Positions 1 to 12,730 of a DNA stretch of 64,000 nucleotides are shown here, in pieces (the first letter of the stretch is position 1; every line of letters starts with the position of its first letter). The translations under genes and the position numbers were made by a program. This DNA comes from Mobula hypostoma (taxonomy: Eukaryota): contig NC_086108.1 of NCBI RefSeq assembly GCF_963921235.1, positions 112,222,001 to 112,286,000 on the forward strand, in the 5' to 3' direction. Under the pieces are notes generated by a model. It was not told the DNA's origin and searched no databases. It worked only from the letters and a program-made list of their open reading frames with translations.

Positions 1-929
1 ATTTGAATTTTCTCCCCATTTAGATAATAGTCTGTATTATTGTTACTTTTACCATCATCACGCATCATCATACATTTCCCAACACTGTGTTCCAACTGCC
101 ACTTTATTGTCCATTCTTCCAATTTGTCCAAGTCCTGCTTCAAGTGCATTGCTTCCTCAACAATACCTACCCCTCCACTTATCTTTGTATCATCCACAAA
201 ATTTGCCACAAAGTCATTAATTCCATTATCTAAATCACTGTCAAACAATGTGAAAAGCAGTGGTCCCAATATTGACCCGAGGAACACCACTAGTCACTAG
301 CAGCCAACCAGAAAAGGCCCCCTTTATTCCCACTCACTGCCTCCTGCCTGTCAGCCACGCCTCTATACATGCCAGTATTTTTCCTGTAATGGCATAGGAT
401 TTTATCTTGTTAAACAGCCTCATGTGTGGCACATTATCAAATGCCTTCTGAAAATCCAAGTAAATGACATCCACTGCCTCTGCTTTGCCCACCCTGCTTG
501 TTACTTCCTCAAACAAATCCAACAGATTTGTCAGGCAAGATTTCCCTTTACAGAAACCATGCTGACTTTTGGCTTATTTTATCATGAGTCTCCAAATATC
601 TTGAAATGCCATCCTTAAAAACAGACTGCAACACTTCCCTAACCACTGAGGTTAGGCTAATTGGCCTACAAATTCCTTTCTTTTGCCTTCTTCCACTCTA
701 AGAAAGGAGTGACATTTGCAATCTTCCAGTCCTCCAGGACCATGCCAGGATCAAGTGAGTCTTGAAAGATCACGACCAATGCATCCGGTATCTTCTCACT
801 AACCTCTCTCAGGACTCTGGGGTGTCGTCCATCTAGTCCAGGTGACTTATTCATCACAAGACCTTTGAGTTTGCCTAGTACTTTTTCATTTGTAATAGCA
901 ATGGCACACACTCCTGCTCCCTGACACTA
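1..929 (-). mobile_element. Degenerate CR1 LINE ORF2 (RT) fragment
   Basis: Minus-strand ORFs with KSPGLDGRHPRVL and VDVIYLDFQKAFD motifs; frameshifted. Confidence 0.85.
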
Positions 930-1177
930 AATCGATGTTCATACCACCAAGTTGGAGGCTACCCAAACAGAATAAGGTATTGTTCCTCCAACCTAAGTGT
1001 GGCCTTATCCCGACAGTGGAGGAGGCTGTGGATGGACATATCGGAATGGGAATGGGAAGTGGAATTAAAATGGGTGGCCACTGGGGTTTCAGCCCAAAAT
1101 GTCAACTGTACATTTTTCCCCCACAGATATTGTCTGGCCTGCTGAGTTCCTCCAGTATTGTGTGTGTATTGATCCAA
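930..1177. mobile_element. Old PLE fragment with internal inversion
   Basis: About 930-1084 is the GIY-YIG C-terminus on minus (VATHFNSTSHSHSDMS...LEEQ). About 1085-1177 is the plus-strand terminal repeat (ctggcctgctgagttcctccag). Confidence 0.7.
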
Positions 1178-1440
1178 GTTCTCACTCACTTTTGCTAACT
1201 TGTATGCCCTTTCCTTGGCTTTTATGTAGTCCTTAACTTCCCTTGTCAGCTATGGTTGCCTATCCCTGCCACATGAGAACTTCTTCCGTGGGACATATCT
1301 ATCCTACGCCTTGTGAACTATTCCCAGAAACTTCTCCAATCTCTGTTCCGCCGTCATCCCCACCAGTATCCTCCTCCAATCCACCTGGGCAAGCTCCTCT
1401 CTCATATCTCTTTAATTCCCTTCATTCCATTGTGATACTG

Positions 1441-2275
1441 ATAAGTGCATGGAATGGGCTGCTGGTGATGGTGGTGGAGGCGGATACAATGAGAGTCTTT
1501 TAAGAGACACTTGGATAGGTACATGGAGCTTAGGGAAATAGAGGACTATGGGTAACCCTTGGTGATTTCTGAAAGTAAGTACATGTTTGGCACAGCATTG
1601 TAGGCTGAAGGCCCTGTATTGTGCTGTAGAGTTTCTATGTTCTATCTCCAACACCTCTACTTTGAGGAGGCTGAAGAAAACGAGACTATGCACATCTATA
1701 CTTGTGTCATTCTACAAGACCTTAGTTAGACCCCACTTGGAATACTGTGTTCAGTTCTGGTCACCTCACTACAGGAAGGCTGTGGATACTATAGCGAGAG
1801 TGCAGAGGAGATTTACAAAGATGTTACCTGGAGTGGAGAGTGTGGCTTATGAGAACAGGTTGAGTTAACTTGGCCTTTTCTCCTTGGAGCGACGGAGGAT
1901 ATGAGGTGACCTGACAGAGGTGTACAAGATGATGAGAGGCATTGATCGTGTGGATAGTCAGAGGCTTTTTCCCAGGGCTGAAATGGTTAACATGCGGGGA
2001 CAGTTTTAAGGTGCTGAGAAGTAGGTACAGGGGGTACATCAGAGGTAAGTTTTTCCATTCAGAGTGCTCGGTGTGTGGAATGCACTGCCAGTGACGGTGG
2101 GAGAGACGAATACAATAGGGTCTTTTAAGAGACTCTTTTACATAGGTACAAGAACTTAGAAAAATAAAGGACTATGCGGTATGGAAATTCAAGGCAGCTT
2201 CTACAGTAGTTTATATGGTCACCACAATATTGTGGGCCGAAGCGCCTGTGATGTGCTGCAGATTTCTATGTTCTA
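1441..2275 (+). mobile_element. Two CR1 3'-end fragments
   Basis: YKTLVRPHLEYCVQFWSPHY motif and TTTCTATGTTCTA tails near 1640 and 2270. Confidence 0.75.
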
Positions 2276-3262
2276 GGTGCACAGTAGAGAACATCCTAAC
2301 ATGCTACACAACTGCACTGTACAAGACTGCACTGCAGCAGACAGGAAAGCTCCAAACAGGTAGTTAGTATTGTCCAATGTATCATCGGCACCAGCCTACC
2401 CACTGTCAAGGACATATATACAGAAAGGTGCCAGAAAAAGGTCAGTAATATCACAAAGGGTTCCACCCACCCTGCTCATTGACTGTTTATTCCACTCCAA
2501 TCAGGGAGGAGGCCATGTGGCATTCATGCCAGAACCACCAGGCTCAAACAGTTACCTTCCCCAAGCAGCAAGGCTGATCAACACCTCCACCCACTAACCC
2601 ACCCCTCCACACCCCCAACCACCACTACTATATCATTTTCTGTCAATATTCAGGAGAGATAGGCATGAAAGAAAAGGAGGTGGGGTGGCATTGCTGGTTA
2701 GAGAGGAGATTAACGCAACAGAAAGGAAGGACATTAGCCGGGAGGATGTGGAATCGATATGGGTAGAGCTGCATAACACTAAGGGGCAGAAAACGCTGGT
2801 GGGAGTTGTGTACAGGCCACCTAACAGTAGTAGTGAAGTTGGGGATGGTATTAAACAGGAAATTAGAAATGTGTGCAATAAAGGAACAGCAGTTATAATG
2901 GGTGACTTCAATCTACATATAGACTGGGTGAACCAAATTGGTAAGGGTGCTGAGGAAGAGGATTTCTTGAAATGTATGCGGGATGGTTTTTTGAACCAAG
3001 ATGTCGAGGAACCAACTAGAGAGCAGGGTATTCTAGAGTGGGTATTGAGCAATGAGGAAGGGTTAATTAGCAATCTTGTCGTGAGAGGTCCCTTAGGTAA
3101 AAGTGACCATAATATGGTGGAATTCTTTATTAAGATGGAGAGTGACATAGTTAATTCAGAAACAAAGGTTCTGAACTTAAAGAAGGGTAACTTTGAAGGT
3201 ATGAGACGTGAATTAGCTAAGATAGACTGGCAAATGATACTCAGCACCTCTAGGAAGAGGTG

Positions 3263-3300
3263 CAGTCGACGTTTCAGGCCGAGGCTCTTCGTCAGGACTA
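3263..3300 (-). ncRNA. Minimal hammerhead ribozyme, second copy (intact core, weakened stem II)
   Basis: Minus strand reads tagtc CTGACGA A GAGC ctcg GCCT GAAACGTC gactg. Confidence 0.75.
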
Positions 3301-5638
3301 ACTGAAGGAAGAGTGAGTAAGGGATTTGAAAGTTGGAGGGGGAGGGGGAGATCCAAAATGATAGGAGAAGACAGGAGGGGGATGGATGGAGCCAAGAGCT
3401 GGACAGGTGATAGGCAAAAGGGATACGAGAGGATCATGGGACAGGAGGTCTGGGAAGAAAGACAAGGGGCGGGGGGGGACCCAGAGGATGGGCAAAGGGT
3501 ATATTCAGAGGGACAGAGGGAGAAAAAGGAGAGTGAGAGAAAGAATGTGTGTATAAAAATAACTAACAGATGGGGTACGAGGGGGAGGTGGGGCATTAGC
3601 GGAAGTTAGAGAAGTCGATGTTCATGCCATCAGGTTGGAGGCTACCCAGACGGAATATAAGATGTTGTTCCTCCAACCTGAGTGTGGCTTCATCTTTACA
3701 GTAGAGGAGGCCGTGGATAGACATGTCAAAATGGGAATGGGAATGGGATGTGGAATTAAAATGTGTGGCCACTGGGAGATCCTGCTTTCTCTGGCGGACA
3801 GAGCGTAGATGTTCAGCAAAGCGGTCTCCCAGTCTGCGTCGGGTCTCGTCAATATACAAAAGGCCACATCGGGAGCACCGGACGCAGTATATCACCCCAG
3901 CCGACTCACAGGTGAAGTGTTGCCTCACCTGGAAGGACTGTTTGGGGCCCTGAATGGTAGTACGGGAGGAAGTGTAAGGGCATGTGTAGCACTTGTTCCG
4001 CTTACACGGATAAGTGCCAGGAGGGAGATCAGTGGGGAGGGATGGGGGGGGGGGAAATGAATGGACAAGGGAGTTGCGTAGGGAGCAATCCCTGTGGAAT
4101 GCAGAGGGGGGGGAATGAATGGACAAGGGAGTTGCGTAGGGAGCAATACCTGCGGAATGCAGAGGGGGGGGAGGGAAAGATGTGCTTAGTGGTGGGATCC
4201 CGTTGGAGGTGGCGGAAGTTACGGAGAATATGTTGGACCTGAAAGCTGGTGGGGTGGTAGGTGAGGACCAGGGGAACCCTAATCCTAGTGGGGTGGCGGG
4301 AGGACGGAGTGAGAGCAGATGTACGTGAAATGGGGGAGATGCGTTTAACTACCCTCAAGTTTACCTGTTAACTTTCACCCTGCCGTCAAGTTTACCTGGT
4401 CCATTTCCGACACCTCCCTCCCCTTTCTAGATCTTTCTGTCTCTGTCTCTGGAGACAGCTTATCCACTGATGTCTACTATAAGCCTACTGACTCTCTCAG
4501 CTATCTGGACTATTCCTCTTCTCACCCTGTCTCTTGCAAATACGCCATCCCCTTCTCGCAATTCCTCTGTCTCCGCCGCATCTGCTCTCAGGATGAGGCT
4601 TTTCATTCTAGGACGAGGGAGATGTCTTCCTTTTTTAAAGAAAGGGGCTTCCCTTCCTCCACTATCAACTCTGCTCTTAAATGCATCTCCCCCATTTCAC
4701 GTACATCTGCTCTCACTCCATCCTCCCGCCACCTCACCAGGAATAGGGTTCCCCTGGTCCTCACCTACCACCCCACCAGCCTCCAGGTCCAACATATTAT
4801 TCTCCGTAACTTCTGCAACCTCCAACGGGATCCCACCACTAAGCACATCTTTCCCTCCCCCCCCCCCCCGCATTCCGCAGGGATCGCTCCCTACGCAACT
4901 CCCTTGTCCATTCATCCCCCCCATCCCTCCCCACTGATCTCCCTCCTGGCACTTATCCGTGTAAGTGGAACAAGTGCTACACATGCCTTTACACTTCCTC
5001 CCTTACCACCATTCAGGGCCCCAAACAGTCCTTCCAGGTGAGGCAACACTTCACCTGTGAGTCGGCTGGGGTGATATACTGCATCCGGTACTCCCGATGT
5101 GGCCTTTTATATATTGGCGAGACCCGACGCAGACTGGGAGACCGCTTTGCTGAACATCTACGCTCTGTCCGCCAGAGAAAGCAGGATCTCCCAGTGGCCA
5201 CACATTTTAATTCCACATCCCATTCCCATTCTGACATGTCTATCCACGGCCTCCCCTACTGTAAAGATGAAGCCACACTCAGGTTGGAGGAACAACACCT
5301 TATATTCCGTCTGGGTAGCTTCCAACCTGATGGCATGAACATCGACTTCTCTAACTTCCGCTAATGCCCCACCTCCCACTTGTACCCCATCTGTTACTTA
5401 TTTTTATACACACATTCTTTCTCTCACTCTCCTTTTTCTCCCTCTGTCCCTCTGGGTTCCCCCCCCCCGCCCCTTGTCTTTCTTCCCGGACCTCCTGTCC
5501 CATGATCCTCTCGTATCCCTTTTGCCTATCACCTGTCCAGCTCTCGGCTCCATCCCTCCCCCTCCTGTCTTCTCCTATCATTTTGGATCTCCCCCTCCCC
5601 CTCCAACTTTCAAATCCCTTACTCACTCTTCCTTCAGT

Positions 5639-5676
5639 TAGTCCTGACGAAGGGTCTCGGCCTGAAACGTCGACTG
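5639..5676 (+). ncRNA. Minimal type I hammerhead ribozyme in PLE terminal repeat (intact core)
   Basis: tagtc CTGACGA A GGGT ctcg GCCT GAAACGTC gactg: conserved CUGANGA, GAAA and GUC cores, stem I agtc/gact, stem II, and palindromic ACGT stem III. Predicted cleavage after C5671. Confidence 0.85.
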
Positions 5677-8600
5677 CACCTCTTCCTAGAGATGCTGCCT
5701 GGCCTGCTGCGTTCACCAGCAACTTTTATGTGTGTTGCTTGAATTTCCAGCATCTGTAGAATTCCTGTTGTATGGCAAATGATACTTAAAGGGTTGACAG
5801 TGGATATGCAATGACAGGCATTTAAAGATCGCATGGATGAACTACAACAATTGTTCATCCCAGTTTGGCAAAAGAATAAATCAAGGAAGGTAGTGCACCC
5901 ATGGCTGACAAGGGAAATTAGGGATAGTATCAATTCCAAAGAAGAAGCATACAAATTAGCCAGAAAAAGTGGCTCACCTGAGGACTGGGAGAAATTCAGA
6001 GTCCAGCAGAGGAGGACAAAGGGCTTAATCAGGAAGGGGAAAAAGATTATGAGAGAGAACTGGCAGGGAACATAAAAACTGACTGTAAAAGCTTTTATAG
6101 ATATGTGAAAAGAAAAAGATTGGTTAAGACAAATGTAGGTCCCCTACAGACAGAAACAGGTGAATTGATTATGGGGAGCAAGGACATGGCAGACCAATTG
6201 AATAACTACTTTGGTTCTGTCTTCACTAAGGAGGACATAAATAATCTTCCGGAAATAGTAAGGGACCGAGGGTCTAGTGAGATGGAGGAACTGAGGGAAA
6301 TGTATGTTAGTAGAGAAGTGGTGTTAGGTAAATTGAAGGGATTGAAGGCAGATAAATCCCCAGGGCCAGATGGTCTGTATCCCAGCGTGCTTAAGGAAGT
6401 AGCCCAAGAAATAGTGGCTGCATTAGTGATAATTTTTCAAAACTCTTTAGATTCTGGACTAGTTCCTGAGGATTGGAGGGTGGCTAATGTAACCCCACTT
6501 TTTAAAAAAAGGAGGGAGAGAGAAACCGGAGAATTATAGACCGGTTAGCCTGACATCGGTGGTGGGGAAAGTGCTAGAGTCAGTTATCAAAGATGTGATA
6601 ACAGCACATTTGGAAAGCGGTGAAATCATCGGACAAAGTCAGCATGGATTTGTGAAAGGAAAATCATGTCTGACAAATCTCATAGAATTTTTTGAGAATG
6701 TAACTAGTAGAGTGGATAGGGGAGAACCAGTGGATGTGGTATATTTGGATTTTCAAAAGGCTTTTGACAAGGTCCCACACAGGAGATTAGTGTGCAAACT
6801 CAAATCACACGGTATTGGGGGTAAGGTATTGATGTGGATAGAGAATTGGTTGGCAGACAGGAAGCAAAGAGTGGGAATAAATGGGACCTTTTCAGAATGG
6901 CAGGCAGTGACTAGTGGGGTACCGCAAGGCTCAGTGCTGGGACCCCAGTTGTTTACAATATATATTCATGACTTGGAGGAGGGAATTAAATGCAGCATCT
7001 CCAAGTTTGCAGATGACACGAAGCTGGGTGGCAGTGTTACCTGTGAGGAGGATGCTAAGAGGATGCAGGGTGACTTGGATAGGTTAGGTGAGTGGGCAAT
7101 TTCATGGCAGATGCAATTTAATGTGGATAAATGTGAGGTTATCCACTTTGGTGGCAAAAACAGGAAAACAGATTGTCTGAATGGTGGCCGATTAGGAAAA
7201 GGGGAGGTGCAGTGAGACCTGGGTGTCATTATACACCAGTCACTGAAAGTGGGCATGCAGGTACAGCAGGCGGTGAAAAAGTTGAATGGTATGCTGGCAT
7301 TCATAGCAAGAGGATTCGAGTACAGGAGCAGGGAGGTAGTACTGCAGTTGTACAAGGCCTTGGTGAGACCACACCGGGAGTATTGTGTGCAGTTTTGGTC
7401 CCCTAATCTGAGGAAAGACATCCTTGCCATAGAGGGAGTACAAAGAAGGTTCACTGGGTTGATTCCTGGGATGGCAGGACTTTCATATGATGAAAGACTG
7501 GATCGACTAGGCTTATACTCATTGGAATTTAGAAGATTGAGGGGGGATCTTATTGAAACGTATAAAATCCTAAAGGGATTGGATAGGCTAGATGCAGGAA
7601 GATTGTTCCCGATGTTGGGGAAGTCCAGAATGAGGGGTCACAGTTTGAGGATAAAGGTAGTGTTGATAGTGAAGGTTATCGTAGATTACAGGAGGATCTT
7701 GATCAGTGAGGGAAGTGGGCTGAGGAGTGGCAAATTAATTTCAATACAGATAAGTCTGAGGTGATGCATTCAGGAAAGCCAAACCAGCATCGGACTGACT
7801 ATGAACAGTAGAGCACTAAGTAGTGCAATATAACAGACACACTGAGTACAAGTGTATAGTTTGCTGAAAGTGGCATCATATGTAAACAGGATGGTGAAAA
7901 AGGGATTTAGCTCGCTGGTCACGACACTGAGTATAAGAGTTGGGACATAATGCTGCAGTGGTCAAGTCATTAGTGAGACTACATTTGAACTGTTGGGCTT
8001 AGCTTTGGTCACCCCTTTACAGGAAAAATATGCTTAAAATGGAAAGAGTGCAGAAAAGTTTTGAGGGTTGCCAGGACTAGAGGGTCAGAGTCATTGGCAG
8101 AGATTAGACATGCTAGGTCTCTACATAGGAGAATGAGGGGGGCAATTCGGGTGGCATGGGATGGAAAAACATTTCTACCAAAGGAGGTGTAAGGTGCTCC
8201 TTCCTTCCTCTAACCTGCAGGGCAACCTTGGGAAAGGTGTAGCACCTCCTCAGCCCTCAATTCAAGGTCATGTGAAGCCGTGGGAGTAGGTGGTGGATGG
8301 TCATATGAGCAGCTGGTGCACATCACAAGTCCGGGTTAAGCAACCACTGACACCAGACAAACAGTCTCTGAAGAGTATTGATAATGGCTCGGCTCACCCA
8401 TCTTGTACAGGCAATGGCAAACAATTTCTGTAGAAGCATTTGCCAAGTACAATCATATTCAAAGATCATGATCACCGATATCATACGACACAGCACATAA
8501 TGATAAATCTTACAGAAGTATTTAAAATTATGAGAAGCATAGATAAGATGGGTGGTTACAGTCTTTACCCTGGGGTAGAGGGAGTTCAAAACTTTGGTGG

Positions 8601-9959
8601 GAGGTGCAGAATAGGTTTAGGGAGAGAGATAAAGATTTAAAAGGGACCTGGGGGGAAACTTTTTCCATACAGAGGGTGATGAGTATATGAATTGAGCTGG
8701 CAAAGGAAGTGGTTGAGGCACATACAATGGCATCATTTAACAATTGCTTAGATAGGTATATGGAAGGGTGGGCTTCAACGGATACGAGCCAAATGTGGGA
8801 AATTGGGACTAGCTGGGTGGAAGTGCACAGGAGGGACAAAGGGATGACACAAAAGCATTAGCCATTGAATCTGCAAGTGAATTCAGATCCTATGAACCAG
8901 TATTAGAGAAAGGAGCTGGTCAACAATGCATTGATGTTGTTAGCCAAGTTTCTTTATTACCATATATAGCAATTTAAAGTTAATTCACAATAGATGCTTA
9001 TTAACTCTCATAAAATACACTCAGAAAAGCATTAAACATTCCATTTTTGACAGATTTATCACTGGTGCTTGGACATGCTAATTGTGATGAGTGACAAGTT
9101 ATGGAACAGGAATAGGGGAGAACAGAAACTTAAGATTTCAGGAGTGCAAAGTCACCAATATGATAAGGCTAATATTGTCCTAAGCTGCCTTTACCACTAC
9201 CCCTGGCAGCATATTCCATGCATCTACCACTCTGTTTAAAAAAACCTGCCTCCAACATTTCCTCCCCCTTATACTTTCTTCCCAACACTTTAAAATTATG
9301 ACCCTATTACCATCCTGGGAAAAGTCTTTGGCTGTCCACTCGATCTATGCCTCTTATCTTGTACATCTCTATTGTCACCTCACAATCTCCTTCAGACCAG
9401 AGGAAAGCCCTAGATCATTCAACCTTTCCTCATCAGACATGCTTTGTAATCCAGGCACCATTCTGGTAAATCTCCTCTGCACCCCCTCTAAAGCTTTCAC
9501 ATTCTTCCTATAATAAGGCACCCAGAAATGGACACATTATGCCTAGTGTACTCTAACCAGGATTATATAGAGCTGCAATATATTACCTCATGGCTCTTGA
9601 ACTCAATCCGCTAACTAATGAAGGCCTACACACCACACACCTTCTTAACTACCCTATCAACTGGCGTGAAAACTTTGAGGGATCTATGGATTTGAACCCC
9701 AAGATCCCCCTGTTCCTCCGTAGAGGCAAGTGAATCACTTCACTTTTCACTATGTACTTAGTCTAAATGATCATTATTTTTAATTCATCCTATGGACTAT
9801 AACTTTTGACCGGTGGTGTTTATTGCGTGGCTAGAAGTGTATTTGCAAGTTCATATCTTGCAAATTTTGAAGGAAATATCCAAATCAGAGAATATTAATA
9901 GATTTTTCTCTCTATTGGTTTACATCATAATGCAATTAAGAAAATATTTGTAAAATATG

Positions 9960-10478
9960 CACTCAGTGGTCACTTTATTAGGTAAAGAAGTGAAAGCCAG
10001 TGTGGTTTTCTGCTGTTGTAGCTCATCAACTTAAAGTTTCAACGTGTTGTGTGTTCGGAGATGCTCTGAATGTCGTATTGTGTGGTTATTTGAGTTACTG
10101 TCGTCATTATGACAACGAGAACCAGTCTGGCCAGTCTCCTCTGACCTCCCTCATTACAAGGCATTTTCACCCACAGAACTGCCGCTCAGTGGATATTTTG
10201 CTTTTCACACCGTTCTAAACTCAAGAGACTGTTGTGTGTGAAATTCCCAGAAAACGAGCAGTGTCTGAGATAGACAAACCACCCCATCTGGCACCATCAT
10301 TCCCTAGTGAAAGTCACTGAAATCACTTTTCTAGCCCATTCTGAAGTTTGATTCTGAACAACTGAACCTCTTGACCATGTCTGCATATTTTTATGCATTG
10401 AGTTACTGCCACATGATTGGCTGATTTGATATCTGCATTAACAAGGTTTAAAGGTGTATCTCCTAAAGTGGCCACTTT
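9960..10478. mobile_element. Tc1/mariner-type non-autonomous element
   Basis: Termini cactcagtggtcactttattaggta and cctaaagtggccact are inverted. A second homologous copy lies at 16868-17354. Confidence 0.65.
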
Positions 10479-10699
10479 AATGATAAATGGTCAAGTACAA
10501 ATGTATAATGATAAAGTACATCTTCAATGATAAATGAAACACTAACTTTACTGAAATTTAATAAATCCAGCTCTTAACAAAAAAAGTAATGTGCAGCAGT
10601 ATGACAGTGTTGGAGGTGTTTGAGGAACTTCTCATTTCTGTACAATATCCTGGACATTCCATGGACATCACAATGAGCACAAAACTGCATCACATTTAC

Positions 10700-10826
10700 C
10701 TGTAATTACATTGATATCTGGATACAGGTTCTCAGATAAGCCAACAGATTTGCTGTCACGCTCAAAAGCTTCTCTTAATTCTTTCTTAACTGCAGCAGAG
10801 CCACAAAGTCGATATAGGCCCACAAC
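10700..10826 (-). CDS. SYDE2: SYDE2 RhoGAP exon with the arginine finger, 127 nt, phase 0-1 (not in ORF track)
   Basis: Acceptor ctttccttttctag|GTT and donor ACAG|gtaaat. Translates [42 protein letters not shown](G), a direct in-frame continuation of ...KRGCQ. Confidence 0.93.
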
Positions 10827-11939
10827 CTAGAAAAGGAAAGCAGGAGGTGATAACATGCAGACATTACAGAATTTTCACGATACCAAATACTTCTGTCAGA
10901 CTAGTAAAACGACTGAAAAAATTTAAAAGCAGAAATTTAAGAGCAGATTTAGGTCACTCAGCCCATCAAGATTCCCTGACTAATCAAGAACCTATCAACC
11001 ACTGCTTTAAATATACTCAATGACTTGCCCTCCACAGCTCTCTTTGGCAATGAATTCCACAGATTCACCCCACTCTGGCTAAACTAATTCCTCATCTTTG
11101 TTCTAGAGAGACATGCTTTGATTCTGAGGCTGTGTCTTCTGGTTCTAGGCTCCCCCACTATAGGAAACATCCTCTCCACATCTACTCTAACTAAGCGTTT
11201 TAATATTTGGTAGGCTTCAGTGAGAGCTCATTTTTCTAAATTCCAGCTGGTACAGGCCTAGAGCCATTAAACGTTTCTATGTGTCAACCCTTTCAATCCC
11301 AGGATCATTCTTGTAAACCTCTGGACTCTGTCCAATGCCAGCATATCCTTCCTTAAATATTAGATATGGGGGCCTGAAACTTGCTCAAAATACTCCAATT
11401 GTGGTTGGACTAACACCTTATAATGGCTCAGCATTTTATCTTTGGTTTATATTCTAGTCTTCTCAAAATGAATGCTAACATTGCATTTGCCGTCCTTATT
11501 ACCAGCTCAACCTGCAAGTTAACATGTAGGGACTCCTGCACTAGGACTCCTAAATTGCTTGGCACCTCTGATTTCTGAATCCACTCCAGCTTAGAAAATA
11601 GTCAATGCTTTTATTCCTTCTAAATTGGTTAATTACTGAGGTACAGTGACAATAACAAACCAAATTTAGCCATTTAGAATCAATTTGTTTTGCAAGCCTT
11701 CCATACAGATTACTTCATTACAACAGTGCATTGAGATAGTACAAGGTACAACAATAACAGAATGCAGAATAAAGTGTTACAGTTACAGAGCAAGTGTAGT
11801 GCAGGCAGCTACTAAGGTGCAACGGCCTTAGATAGATTATGAGGTCAAGACTCCACCTCATTGTGCTAGAGGACCATTCAATACTCTTATAACAATGGGG
11901 TAAGAAGCTTGATCCTGGTGGTACTAAGTGCTTTCAGGT

Positions 11940-12730
11940 TTTTCAAGTTCATGTTAATTGTCATTCAACTGTATATATGTATACAACCAAACAAAACATT
12001 TCTCCAGACCAAGGTGCACAACACAATACATAACTCACACGGCACATTATTAGTACCACTAGTAAATTAACAAATCAGGTGTATTTGTGATACACAATAA
12101 AAAGAAAACAGTATAATGCTATTGGCGCTTCATGCGTGATAAGACCCAAAAGGTAGCAGGAAGTTCAGTAGCCTTACGGCCTTATGGAAGAAGCTGTTTC
12201 CCATCCTAACAGTTTTTATCCTAATGCTGCAGTCCGACGGCAGGGATCATTGATAATGCTAAGGACCTGTGTATGCAACACTACTAATAAATATATCTGA
12301 AGGATGGAAGAGAGACACCTATGATCCATTCAGCAGCCCTCACAACCCTTTGTAAGGACTTGTGGTCAGATGACTTGCAATTCCCATACCAGGCGGTGAT
12401 GTAGCTGAAGGGGTAGGTGAGTCTCACTTGCCTTAATCTCCTCAGGAAGTGGATATGCTGCTCTGCTTTCTTGACCAAAGAGGTGATGTTGAGGGACCAG
12501 GTGAGATCATCTGTCATGTGCATCCCAGAAACTTGATGCGCCTAACTCTCTCCACGGATGAGCTATATATGTGCAATGAGTGGTCGGCACCTTCCTAATA
12601 TCCACAATCACCTGTTTGGTCTTGTCCACATTGAGATGCTAGTTACCGTACTTGCACCATTCTACCTCCTCTTGTTGTGGTTGTTGATGAGGCCAACCAC
12701 TGTTCTGTCATCAGCGAACCTGATGATTCA
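11940..12730 (-). mobile_element. Rex/Babar-type LINE 3' fragment
   Basis: DDLTWS...VKKAEQHIHFLRRLR...AWYGNC...LQRVV motif series. Confidence 0.7.

Larger units (their letters stand above)
3242..5772. mobile_element. Penelope-like element (Neptune-type), fold-back insertion with 14-bp TSD
   Basis: The minus arm (3242-4348) is the reverse complement of about 4676-5697 in the plus arm. Plus arm shows RT C-terminus (LPFLD, YKPTDS), Cys linker (CKRNKCYTC in the minus arm) and GIY-YIG endonuclease (VIYCIR...LYIGETRRRLGDRFAEH). TSD TGGCAAATGATACT at 3228-3241 and 5773-5786. Confidence 0.93.
2643..7657 (+). mobile_element. Young CR1 LINE ORF2 (APE endonuclease + RT), interrupted by a PLE at 3242-5772 and lacking its 3' tail
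   Basis: ORFs show [33 protein letters not shown] and KFADDTK. Closely similar to the minus copy at 29652-33868. Confidence 0.95.
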
